Shown piece by piece: positions 1-13,300 of a stretch of DNA of 64,000 nt. Within the stretch, counting starts at the first letter, position 1, and every line of letters starts with the position of its first letter. The translations under genes and the position numbers were made by a program. This stretch comes from Chrysomallon squamiferum (taxonomy: Eukaryota; Animalia; Mollusca). A model generated the notes under the pieces. That model was not told the DNA's origin and searched no databases. It worked only from the letters and a program-made list of their open reading frames with translations. Location: NCBI GenBank assembly GCA_012295275.1, contig CM022670.1, positions 34,472,001 to 34,536,000 of the forward strand, read 5' to 3'.

Positions 1-175
1 ATATGTAAACATGCATATACAGAACTTATAACAATGGCACAATGAAATCTGTGAATAACTGAATCTATCTTTTAAAATTTTGAATACTATATGTCAAAGT
101 TTATTCAAATTATAATCAGTAATATGTATCACTGTAGACAAATAATAATTATTATTAAAATGGCTAACAACTTAC

Positions 176-257
176 ATATTTTTTGAGCAGTTGAAGGAAA
201 CTTTAATTTACCAACTGTTTGAAAAGCTGCTCTACTCTCTTTATGCTTCCCTCCTGT

Positions 258-290
<33 letters not shown>

Positions 291-3200
291 TACATACATA
301 TTGTGGAAGAAGGGAGTTACCAAATTAATGTGCTCACATGAATGTCTAAGTGAAAATATGTATAAATATAAAGAAATCAGTGAGTTAAAGCATACGTGTT
401 GTAGTATGCACAAAGGGTCTAATAAAATTCTTAACACTTTCAAGTTACTATTTCACTGCCATTTTACCTCCTTAGGTCTGGAATTATGATGTCATCATGT
501 ATATGGTGAAAAGATAACTATTTTTTTTTTATTTCAACATTAGAAGAAACTTCAGAGCAAACTGATCCATCGTATATAGGTGAAATTATCATTATTATAG
601 AAATATGATACATCCAGATACTTTTAAATTTTTATTACTCTACTTCATTATTAATTTAGATTGGACAGCAGAAATATAAGACAATAATAACAGAATACAA
701 AACAAAACAAAACAAAATAATCAATATACTATAGAAGAGTGTAGAAATATATTTAGACTATTTCTGTGTATTTACTTTAAGTTAGGTGAACATTAGAAAG
801 CCTTCTACAAAACCAACCTGACTTGAGACCAAGCAGAATAAATAACATGACAGCAGCAATCAGCCAATCTGAGTGTTCTCGGGTATACACACCACCAGGA
901 ACAAAATTGTAGGCAACAGTCCAAACCAGGAACAGAATCTCAGCAATAAAAACAATCAAAGAAAGTGCCAGGCATGCGGGCGGACACTGAGATATTTTGT
1001 CAAACATCCACGGCCAAATGGACATAGTGTACACGGCTAGAATAAGACCACCTGGAATTGAAAAGATGAAAAATACAAATTAAAAATATATATATAATTA
1101 AGAAGCAGATTAAATAAATAAATAAATAAATACGTAAATAAACAAATAAAATCATAAAAATGAGTTTAAAACATTCAGCATCTCAAAGAAAACAATTAAA
1201 GGCTTTTTAAACATTGTTACAGTCATATAATTTTATAAAACAAATTTAATAGGTTTTCTAAATATTAAAATTCTTAAGTTTACTAATATAAATTTATTTC
1301 AAAATTCTTAAGTTTATATGTTTAGAAATTACAAATTATAGGAATAAACTTCAGAATGAGACAATAACACACCTGCAAAACCCTGCCATGCAGGTAGGTA
1401 ATAGAGAACCGCTAGTGAAATGAGACCAACAAACCACCAGACGAAACTAACAGAAACTCTACGACACCGTGACATGTAAACACCAAACCCAAGAGCAAGT
1501 AAAACTAGACACCTGACAAACAGAAAAATAATTAAAATTTTGATTCATCTAATCAAGTGAAGAGTATAATTTTGTATTTTTATTACTATTTTTATATCTT
1601 TTACAGTCTTATATTGAGAAGACACCACCACAAAATTATCCTACTGATAATATTGTATTTACAAATGAGTATCTTATTGGTAAGAATTCTAAAAGACTTA
1701 AAGGATATGTGTGGCACTATGAATAAATGGTCTTAACAAATTTTCTTCAACTACCAAGTTATTGTTTTATTGTTTTGATCAATCTATCATAACAAAATAT
1801 GACATTAAAATGATGCTGTTACAAGATACCAAAGCACTGCCATTTTATCACTTGACAACTGTTACCATGACATTATTGTGTATATGGCACATGGCAGACT
1901 GAAAAGAAACTTCAAAACAAAATGGTCTACCTGTACATGTTGAGGTCATGTTTACAGAAAAATGGCAACACCAAGATATTTCTAAACTGTAATTTTCTGT
2001 TTCAACATCAAATATTTTTAAAATCAGTAAAAAACAAATATGTGAAAAATTGAAAACAAACTTCTCAAGAAAGATTTTAATAGGTGGATTAACTGGTATA
2101 GTTTTAATGATTCCATAAAACAAAAATCTGCATACTAGAGAAAACTAATTAAAAACAGCATTACAAAATGAATATATAATATATTTTTAATATCTACATG
2201 AGACTGGAAGTCATAAAGAAATAAAGAATTAATATTATTCAAATGTCTGCTTACCCCCATGGATAAGGCAAAGGTCCGTTGTCAGGGTAACCTCGAACCA
2301 CCCATCTGGTGATGAGAGAAACTTCACCAAAACACCAGTAAGTGAGAAACAGCAGACTTCCAAACCCAAGTGAAACAGGCAACCAGTATGGTCTGTCAGC
2401 AGATTTCACAGTTTTACTTTTGTTCTTAACAATATCATCACCTGGTGTATAAAATTAATTTTTTTTAATAATTATGATTATCTGTAGTGAAAAAATAAAA
2501 ACGTTAAAAAAAAATCCATGTCATCTGAAACAGACAACTTAAAAATAAATATTTAAAAATCAACAGCATCATCTTATTATTTTTAAAAATCCATGAAAAA
2601 CACATTACATCTTCCTGTTCTCGGTTTTCAAATAATAACAAACTGTTTCTATAACACACACATACGGCAAATACAATGGTTTTTTTTTTTTTTTCTTTCT
2701 TTTAAAATTAATATGTTGTGGGAGGTTAGGAACACTTTGGAGGAGGTTGTTTATATATATAAAAAAAATGTATCCCTGTTGATAAAGATATGAATTTTAA
2801 AACTAACTGAAAATAAAATAATAATAAAAAAAGAATCATATGTAACTCTGTAGAAGAACATTAAGCTGTGAAAGTCCTGAGGCAATTTTTTTCAGATTGT
2901 AAAATCTATGAAGAAGTTGATTACTGTCAAATGTTATCAATTGCTGATCAGTCAGTTAACATATTAAAACATCAGAGTTAAGTGGTAGTTAATTACATAC
3001 TGACTCACAGGAATAATCAGTGAAGTACCTTGACAGTCTTTCCCTTCCACACAATACATCTAAAAGTCTCAAAAGCCTCTGTATGGGGAAAACGCATCCA
3101 AATTATGACAAACATTTGTCTAGTCATTATTAAGAATAGCCCATGGGTATAATAGTAGCAGTTTTTGTTTTTATATATATCCTATGTTTAAGATGTACTT

Positions 3201-3985
3201 CTTAACAATAATTGAAGTAGTTAAAAAAAATTAATTTAAAATGACATTTGAAAAAGTGATTCTGACAAAGGTTACCTGAAATGATCTGATCAAGAGCAGC
3301 AATCACTGCCAGAGTAAGGATGAATGTGTTAGACTGCTTATTCCACCATGCTGGAACAAAAGAGGTGTACCATATCCGACTTGAGAGAAATAAAAATAGG
3401 CCAAGCATCAAACTCCAATAGAACTGGGACCTAGAAAAATTTAAAAATTTAAATAAAATAAAGTAAAGTAAAATAAAGTAACATAAAATAAAACAAACAC
3501 TAAAAATAAAACAATTAGAAACAATGAAGCACCAAACAAGAAAGAGCATTAATGTAAACTTGTATAAAACATCACCAAATTACAATAACAAAATTAAAAA
3601 TATTCTTAATTCTTGATGCTCAAATAAGAATTATTATTACACATGCTCAGTTAACAATGTTTTGTTACCTTATTTTTGGATTAGGACTGCAGATACTGAC
3701 TGTCATCCATAAAGACGATATACCACACCCTACAGCCAACACAATCAGTCTGGTTAAAGTATCTGGAGCTTGGAATGAACCTAAACCTACCAAACAACCA
3801 AGACGTAGAAATGCAAACACCCATCGATTCTGCAGTATCGAGAACAGACCAGGAATAACACAGAAAATAGGAGTCAGCCAGAGAACTGAAAAAGCTTCAT
3901 AACCAGAAATCTCCAATTCATTTAGTGGATAAAACCAGATCATGGGTGCCAGGGCTTGGAAAAGAGTCCAGAAAACATAGCCTGA

Positions 3986-4021
<36 letters not shown>

Positions 4022-4102
4022 TAATAATAATAATAATAATATAAATAATAAGAATGATGATCGTCACAACAGAAATAAAAACTCAAAAACAAAATAAAAC
4101 AA

Positions 4103-4157
<55 letters not shown>

Positions 4158-4410
4158 GTGTATTACTTTCCTAAAATGAATCACTTTGTCAGTCTGCATG
4201 TGTATTATGTTAGTGTACAGTATGTAGTAGTAGTAGTATAAAAGTATTACTATTTTATCTCAACTTGTCTTCAGTGTTCAGTTCAGTGACAGAGCTATCA
4301 CTACTACAAGATTAGAAATCATTATCATTTAATTTTATTTTTATCTGTTTGCAGTTTAAACTAATTCGTCGAAACTAACCATTGATTGAATCTCGTAACA
4401 ACCGTCTCAT
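176..4410 (-). CDS. CWH43: PGAP2-interacting protein / CWH43 homolog (GPI lipid remodelling), 5' part; continues beyond the window start
   Basis: Phase-consistent GT-AG exons on minus: 4410-4380, 3981-3669, 3430-3276, 2441-2255, 1512-1373, 1051-818, 253-176. Spliced product MRRLLRDSING-YVFWTLFQALAPMIWFYPLNELEISGYEAF...RIWYTSFVP...GFGSLLFLTYWCFGEVSLITRW...WTVAYNFVPGGVYTREHSD matches the CWH43 N-terminal membrane region as I recall it. Confidence 0.9.
4106..4155. repeat. (CA)n microsatellite in CWH43 intron 1
   Basis: Uninterrupted CA run. Confidence 0.9.
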
Positions 4411-4960
4411 TATTAAGTTTAAGACTTCTGAATTATAAATTTGAGCCTAAACTAACTGGATCTCTTGCGGCGTCGTCTGTTGTTATCTCCCCTCCCGTTC
4501 CTGACACTTATCAACGACCTTTGAACTTTAACCTGCTTCTTTCTAGTTAGAATGTATAACTATTATTTTTTATTCTTTGTCATAAAAGACACTTTTCAGT
4601 GTGTTAAAAAATCAGTTGACAAATATTCCAAATAATATATATTTATTTGAATTATAATAGAAAACGACATATCAAAAACCAATAATGCATTCTTCTATGT
4701 CTGAGAGATATTTAGTGTCAACTTCCTGTTTTATTGATTTGACAGACGATGTAAACAAAAAAGAATGAAATAAGTAATATGTTTTGGTATTTTTTAAATG
4801 AAATTTTCTAAATTATGTTTAGTTCGAGTTTGATACGAAAAATTACGATACATTATTTTAATGATTACAAGTTAATATGCTTAAACTAATAACGTATCTG
4901 TTTCTTGTCATATTAACGTTATGACAAGCATTGTTAAATCTCTCTTTTATTTGAACAAAG
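4411..4960. promoter_or_regulatory. Probable bidirectional promoter between CWH43 and AASDH
   Basis: Divergent start codons at 4410 (-) and 4969/5616 (+). Locally raised CpG, an ETS-like ACTTCCTG at 4721-4728, and a candidate non-coding first-exon donor at 4773/4774 (TAA|GTAATA). Confidence 0.55.
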
Positions 4961-4968
4961 ACATTGTT

Positions 4969-5606
4969 ATGGCTTGGGTTTTAGCACCTTTGTTTGAGTT
5001 TACATTGTTTGGTTATAGCTTGGATGTGATGCCAATGAAAGATAGGCCAGAGGTAGCACCAATAAATGAAACTGTAAGTTAAAGACATGCATAAATTAAT
5101 ATCTATAAAATTGTTACAGTATTATTATAATTTATGTATACACGTTATTATAATAAAATAATAATTCATTTTATATATGTGTTATAAAAGAATAATATAT
5201 GTCATCATAATTTTGATTTAAGTGCAATGTGTTTCCTCTTTTTTCTTTTCTCATTTTCTTCCACGAGCTTGTGAATATTTAGTTTCATTTAAATTTTAAA
5301 CCACCAAATTATAATTTAAATAATTTAAACAGTAATTTAAATATCTCATTAGTTCCCACATAAATCAGGTTTTTTTTTTTTGGATGACTACATCCTTTTA
5401 TTTTCATTACCTCATTGTGCATCAGATATTTATTTAGATTGTAATATTTTTTTTGCACTTAACTTAGCCATATTAAAATTTAATATTTTTTTTGCACATA
5501 TATTTTATATTTATATTGAAACTGTGCGTATTTACTGTTAATTTTTTTAATGTTATATTTTCAGTATGTTCTTGGTGATAATCCAGGAACTCCAAATAAC
5601 TGTTGA
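4969..5606 (+). CDS. Spliced 48-aa upstream ORF in the AASDH leader, in frame with AASDH
   Basis: Exon 4961-5073 (acceptor ...ttgaacaaag|, donor ACT|gtaagt; only one frame is open) splices in phase 0 to exon 5565 (ttttcag|). Product: MAWVLAPLFEFTLFGYSLDVMPMKDRPEVAPINET-YVLGDNPGTPNNC, TGA at 5604-5606, then AGC CAT AAA ATG(5616). Confidence 0.55.
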
Positions 5607-5615
5607 AGCCATAAA

Positions 5616-8600
5616 ATGGCTTGTCTCCATTCATTAGTACACCAGTGTGTGACAACACATACAGAACGTGTTGCTGTGATATTTGATGATGGAGAGTGTG
5701 TCACTATTCTTACTTATGGAGAGATGTGGAGAAGAGCTGTTTTGGTATAAAAATTCAAGAATATTGTATTTCATTAATTAGCCAACACAATAGTTAATAT
5801 TTTTTAGTGCAAATTATTTTTAAAATAAATTTTGTAAAAGACAAATAATAAAGTTGTGTATTTTACTGAGGTAAATAATTTTCCCAATATCTCAAATGTC
5901 TTAAAATATTCAGTAAATACCCATAAATTTGTGTATTAAATTTATTAAACTAAGTGATCTATTTTCTGTTAACAGATATACAGAAATAAATGTAGATGTT
6001 TGTACATAAAAAAACACAATTTTGTTTTTATTATTTTTATTTTTGAAGATAATATATTTATCCTGTAATAATTTTTGACAAATATGCTTACAGATTTCTA
6101 AAGTTCTTCAGCATTATAATGTATCCAGCCAGATTGTTGGCCTTTGCATTCCTCCTTCCATTGATTTCCCATCAGCTTATATTGGGTGAGGACATTTTCT
6201 CTTTTCAACATTGTAATGATATGAATATATATATATATACTAATACGAACTAATAATTTAATGAAAAAAAAAAAAAGAATTAATATCTTTGTGTAAAACA
6301 TAACATTATTTTATGAAGTAAAATTAACTCCAGTATTTAAAATTCTTTAAATAGATAAACTTTCCTTGCAGTTTAAAAATTTATAAAATTTGAAACCCTT
6401 TATAAAGAATAAAACAGTTTAACTTTTTTAATCATGTGATTAGAAATAATGTTATTTTTTCAGTATTCTCATCACATTATCAGCAGTTTATCCATTTGAA
6501 ACAGATGGTTTGGGTTTCATCAAGAAGAGTATCCTTAAAATGCATGTTAAATTTGTTTTGATGCACATCAATATATTAAAAGTAAGCTATTCAATTTTTA
6601 TATTATTATTGTCAAATCAGTATATAATCTTTACAAAAAAAAATGAAAAACAGTTCATAATAACTAATTACCAAAAAAATGTTAAAACAATTAATTATAA
6701 CTAATTATAAAAAATAGTGAACTGTGATTAATAAAATAGATAAAAATGAATAAAATACTGTGACCTCTTCCTGATAAAAAATATACTTCTTAGATTATTA
6801 TTCTAGTTTTAAAAATGAGAAAGAGCAAAATGTTATGAAATATGTCTTACATGATTTGTATATCTTTTAAGTAAACTCATCCAAAAAAACAACAAATTTC
6901 TGTTAACATTTTTTAGTTTTGTACATTGGAAATAAAAATAAAAAACAAGATTTAAAATATCTCCACATATATAAATTTGTTTTCCATAACTTTGAAATCA
7001 TGTTTATTTATTTACTAGCTTACTTATTGATTATTCTATTTATTAATTCTGACATATCCTACATTATTATTTTCTAGGAACTTGAAAATATGATAAAATC
7101 CTTAAATGGAAATATTCTGCACAGTAAGGACCTGATTCAGTTTGGTTTAGTTCTTGTCAGTTTTTCACAAATTCCAACATTCAAGAATTCAGTTGGTTTG
7201 GCCTATTGTTTGACAACATCAGGAACAACAGCAGAACCTAAAATAGTCAGGGTACCTCATAGCTGTATTCTACCAAATATTATACATCTGAGGTAAAAAT
7301 CTTAATAATTATGAGTTTCGTAAACTAAATATATTTGACCATTTATTTACAAAACAAATCCAGAATTTTTCAAACATTATGTTGAAACTGAATAAGTTTT
7401 AAGTTATCCCATAAAACTGTGGTTGTGTAGTAGTTTTTATAATTTTGTTTTATCTTTTATTTCTCTGAATGAAAAAAGAACAAAGACAAAGAAAGATAAC
7501 TGTGTAAATAGAAATACCAATATATTTTTCGTTACTGTTATTTCAAAGAATGTTTCAGTAAAATAGCAAAATAATGGTAACAGAATGGTTTTTTTAACAT
7601 TATTTATTTCAGAGATCTCTTTGAAGTTACTGCTGGTGATTTGACTTTGCTTGCCTCACCACTGACCTTTGACCCTAGTGTTATTGACATCTTTGTGACC
7701 TTAACATCAGGAGCTTCTTTACTTATCATTCCAAATGCGACAAAATTGTCTTCACAGTTGCTAACCACATCAGTGTATGAAAAACACAAAATTACTATTC
7801 TTCAGGTAATTTTTATCAATCTGTTAAAATGTGAATACAAATACAGACTAAAATATGAATAAAACTGATTCTTCTATTGAAAAAAAAATATAGCTATTAA
7901 CCACACTAACATCTAAATTGCTGAATGTTTACATTCCTTAATTTATTATCATAATATATTTTTAAAATTGTTTATTTAAAAATTTCCTTTTTCTTCTTTC
8001 TTGATCCCAAATATGAAACTTCAGTCAATGAATCAAAAAATAAAAATAAATAAATAGATGAAATAACAATAATAAGTATTAATAATATATCAGTCATTTT
8101 CTTTACTTTGGTATGTAATCAAATTGTTCTTTTCTGAGAATCTCAGCACAAAGCTAAACCTTTTTTTAATGTTAATTCTAACATAAATATTATTTTACAA
8201 ACTTATACCTCTATTGTTGTCAAGGTTCACAGCATCTCTGCTGAAAATACATAAATAAATGAAATAAGTAACCAACCTCTAATAAGTAATAAATATTTTA
8301 CCAATTTTCTTTATTTAGGTATATAATAAAACTGTCATTTTACTTGAATCTCAGTGCATAGATAAACCTTTTTTTACAAAATAAATTCTAATTTAAATAT
8401 TATTTTACAAGGTTACACCTGCATTGTTGTCGAGGTTCACAGCATCTGAGCTGAGAAACACTTTTCTCTCAGCAACATCACATCTCCGAATCCTTGCAGT
8501 TGGTGGTGAGAGATTTCCATCACTGAATGCTGTAAGAAAGTGGAGAGACAAAAACAACAAGACCAGACTGTTCAACCTATATGGAACAACCGAGCTGTCA

Positions 8601-10304
8601 TGTTGGGCAACAGTTCAAGAAATAACAACAAAAATACTTGAGTAAGACCATTTAAATAAATAATACATATTCCCTGATTTATGTAAATCTGTCCAATTAA
8701 TTTTGATACATACATATATAGTGATTTCCTGGTCTATATTTAAAATTAAATAATATATACTGTTATATTTTTATGACACATTGTGTGTGTTATGTTCTGA
8801 TATATGTGTTTTGACTTAGATAATGTTTGCCCATCAATCTACCTATGAAAATCTTTAAATGACTTCAGTTGTAAATATGTAGCTATATTCTGTTTCTGTA
8901 AAACAGATACCAACATAAAAACATTTATTTATTGTTTTAAGATAATATATTTAAAGTCAAAATATTCATTTTATTCTAGATAACTTTTTAAATACAGATT
9001 TGCACTCTATTCATTTATTTTTATTTTAGCGAAGAACCTGAAGAAATACCTCTGGGACAGCCATTGCTTCAAACATCCATCAAAGTGTTAGATGACAGAG
9101 AGAATGTCGTGCAGGAAGGAGATGGTGAAATGTTTATAGGTATTTAATGAGTTTAGTTAACTGACATTGTGAAAATATTTATTTTATTTTTTATTTTATT
9201 ATTATTACTGTTTTTTAAATACCTACATCTGACTTCTTATTTGTCTGATTATTCGCTGAAAAAGAATAATAGTAAACTTATTTATTGGACTTTAAATGAA
9301 ATTTATGGCACTTACTACCTTTTATTCCTTTTTATTTTTATTTATTAGTTGCAGTAGTGTTGTTTGATGTAACAGTTATTTATAATGATTACTTCAGGAC
9401 ATCATATTTATATTTATTTTAATATTAGTATTAAAATAATTGAAACTATATTCCTTAATTTTTTGAAGCCTTCATCAAAATAATTTTTATAAATCTGTTT
9501 AAATATATTTTCAGAAAATAGTTTTTAATAATCTATAAAACATAACATATTCTAAAATAATACAAATATTGTTAATAATATTCTTGCAAATAACATGTTT
9601 TAAATATTATCTGTATTCAGGAAGCAGCACAAGACAATGTTTTCTTGATGATGATGTTGAAAATCATCTGAATGATTCAGCTGAGGATGTTATGAAGTGG
9701 AGAAAAACTGGAGATTTGGTCAGAGTCAGAGAAGATGGTTCTATAATTTATCTCTGTCGAATTGATGATCAGATCAAACGAAATGGCAAACGACTCAACA
9801 CTAAAGTTATTGAAGAAGTGAGTAAATAAGTTTTATTATTATTATTATTTTTATTATTGTTATTATTTGTGGATAACACCATTATTCCATTTGCAATTTT
9901 AATAATTCATTACTGTATCTGCTTTATTTTGAGAAATTAAAAAAATGTCATTTTAAAAATCTTTTCCAGGTTGTGCTTTCAAACCTTGACGATATAAAAG
10001 ACTGCAGAGTTGTGTATGTAGACAGTCAACTTGTGATCTTTGTTTCATCAGAAAGGAAACCTGTCAGAGATATCGAGACAAAGGTTGACAAGTGTGTAAG
10101 AGAGATGTTACCTCGACATTACTGGCCTGATACAGTTTATACGCTAGAGAACTTACCACTTACTAAACATGGTGAGAGAAATAGAAATTTTATTTTATTT
10201 ATATTTTAACTTGTACTCAGTAATATCTTCTTCTACCTCTTTAATATGTAACAGCATTTTACAGTAAATATTTTATTATGAGTCATCTGGAACACATTTA
10301 CTTC

Positions 10305-10335
<31 letters not shown>

Positions 10336-13300
10336 CATTAAACAGAAAGATTGGATTTCAAGAATATTTTAAATCAGATATTTCAAATAGTTTTGAAATG
10401 AGAAACATATCATTAGTTCAGTTTTATTTTTTGTGTTTATGTGTTGATATTTACTTCTGCGAAATAAAAAATAGAATGTAAAACTGATTATTGGCAGGCA
10501 GTTTGACCAGCTGATGCACTCTCAAGCCTCTCAATAACAGAATTAAAAATCCTTATGAGAACTAAAATTTAAACTAAAATCTCCTTGAATATTATCACTA
10601 AATCACTGTAATTGAAGCAAGTATTTTGTAAACTGGAGTTTTTTGGTTTTTTATACCAATTATCTATTCTACAAAAGAACAGTTATAAAATTTATTTTCA
10701 ATAATTTAACTATTATTATTTTTAATATTAATATTTCATGCAGTTTATTATTACACTACAGGTAAAGTTGACAAAAGAAAATTGATACAGATCACCACTG
10801 AAAAGCAGCAAGAAACATCACCACTTCCTCCAGAAGATAAATTAACAGAATGGGCTCAGCACTTGTGGAAGGTTTTTACATTTTAAATATATTTAATTAT
10901 ATTTTAGAAAATAGGAGACCATAATAGAGAAAAAAAAAAAATGTCGTCCATTGTGCTCTGTGTTAAGTGTACATTTATTTAGAGATGGACTTTAACACAG
11001 TCCTTTTAATTTTAGTTTAATTTATTTTTTTTAAGTTTTTATTAAGAATAACTGATGAATCAAAACCTGCAGTGTACATTTTCATATTGTAAAAGAAAAT
11101 GACCAAAACTGATTTCTTTATACCATAAAAAAAAAAAAAAAAATGTTCCTTTTTAGATATTATAATGATACATTATGAAAGATTTATTAAATTGTAATAT
11201 AGTAATATTTATTTTTTATTTATATATTGGTTTATTTATTTCTTATCTTCTTCTGGTGGACTAAAACAAATGTATTATGATTATTTGTAACAGGATTTAC
11301 TAGCAGGCAATGATGGATCTGTCATAGAAATAGCAGATGATGATAATTTTATCAAGCTGGGTGGAGATTCCTTCAAGGCAGTTCATCTCATCAACAGTGT
11401 AGAAAAATGTTTTGGTACACGACTTCCACTTCTTCTAGAAACCATTTTAAACAAAGACTTCAATAATTTCATCAAACTGGTGCACACAGCATATACACAT
11501 TCTTTAGCAACAGATGGCAAAACCAAACACAATGGAGTTCACACCATTAATTCAAACAATGAGATTAATGGGTTTAATAACTCAGAACATGGAAAAACAG
11601 CTGACAAAAATAGAAAGCTGGCTCTTAATATTTCTAGTCATAAAAATGGAGAAACAACTTTAAATGCAGAAAATTCTAAGATCGGAATGGGTGATTTAGT
11701 AAATAAAAGTGTCAGTAATTGTTCTGAAGCAATCAGTTCTCCTATCAAAAGAGGTGAAAAAGGAAAGACAACTCCACTATGCACTCTTAAAAGAAAACAA
11801 GAAGCCAAAGAATTAGAAAGTGAAATAACCACTTCAAAATGTAAATGCTTGAGTGAATTCCCTTCATGTCTGTGTTATAAAGAAGAAAATGCTGTTGGTT
11901 TCATTGGCTACAGAGCAAGAGGAAACAGAAGAATAACTTTTCCTAAAGATTTTGTTTCTTCTGTCACTGACAGTATTTTGGCAAAAGGCAGAAAGCTACA
12001 TGTTGAGTTGTCATGGAAACAAGATACAGGAAAATGTGTTGATGCATCCCCATTAATTGCAATAGACAGGTTAGTTTTAAAAATTCTGACTTTCCATAAA
12101 TTCATCTAAATGCCCTGGGTGCATATGCTAAGATATTTTCAAACCACAGAGTGGACATTCATGCAGTCAAAGCTATCAGGAAACCATAATAAAAAAGGCT
12201 GTTGTAACATAACTATGTTCTGCTTTGCATGTGTGTTGTATGATGTCATTGGTTTTTTGTGTTCTAAAAGAGTTTAGCTGAGCATATACAGTAATTAAAT
12301 TAAATCTGCTGATTATATTAAATTTAAAGATATAGAACTAACTATAAATGTATTTTGGTAACTTAAGTTAAAATATATGGTGACTATAAGTATTTTTTAA
12401 TACATGCAGACACATATATATATATATACACTGGTGAATAAACAGGATTTTCTAGATGACTGACTCTGTGTCTGTCTCTCTGTCTGAGTTTATCTTTGTT
12501 AAATTTCTAATTTCAGAGAAGGTAATCACCTGGTGCTGATTGGCTCACACTCACACATTTTCAGTGCAGTCAGTTTGAGATCTGGTGGTGTTGTGTGGAG
12601 AAGCAGACTTGGAGACAGAATTGAATCTTCAGCCTGTCTTAGTGCTTGTGGCAGATTTGTCATTGCTGGTCAGTGTTTAAGTAACATATTTACACTTACA
12701 AATGTTTTCATTTTATATTCTGTCAAATTTTTTCTTTGACTGAGAAAAATCTAGAAAATTCTTAAAGCAGTCCTTTGTTATTGTTAATTTAATGCCATTA
12801 TTGCATGTCAGGGAGGTTTATTGATAGGGGGTTTTTTTTCCTGTTTTAATGTTTTAAGGGCTGTCTTTTTTTATTATTTCCTATTGAGATGTTGATCCAC
12901 TTTACTAATTTATTTATTTTTTCAAATTATATACATGATATATTTGTGGTGTGTTTTGTTCAGGTTGTTATGATGGCTGTCTGTATGTGATGAATGTTTG
13001 GACAGGAGAGGTCATGTGGAGGTTTGAGACTGGAGGAGCCATCAAGAGTTCACCAGTAGTTGACATCAGAACATCACTTGTCATATTTGGCTCACATGAT
13101 CATCACCTGTATGCTGTAGATTTACAGGTTAATATTTAATATTAAAATTTCACAAATGTTTTTTTATCTTTCTTACTTAATCTTTCACTTTAAGATTTTG
13201 AAAAAAAAATGTATCACTAAAACAGATATTGTACCAAATAAAATATATGGTGCATTGTTTTGGTAAATTATCTGAGAGTTTTGTTTTCAATAATCTAACA

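Noticed and set aside
4680-4730. Alternative CWH43 first exon (...DIEECIIG|)
   Set aside because: No in-frame ATG and a poor donor (GTTTTT). Exon 4410-4380 has an ATG and a GTTAGT donor.
4969-5016. uORF N-terminus W-x3-P-x-F-x5-G-Y resembles the bacterial PqqA leader pattern, next to a 'PQQ-repeat' enzyme
   Set aside because: The ExxxY core needed for PQQ is absent, no other pqq genes are present, and AASDH PQQ repeats are generic propeller blades. The match is too short to be significant.
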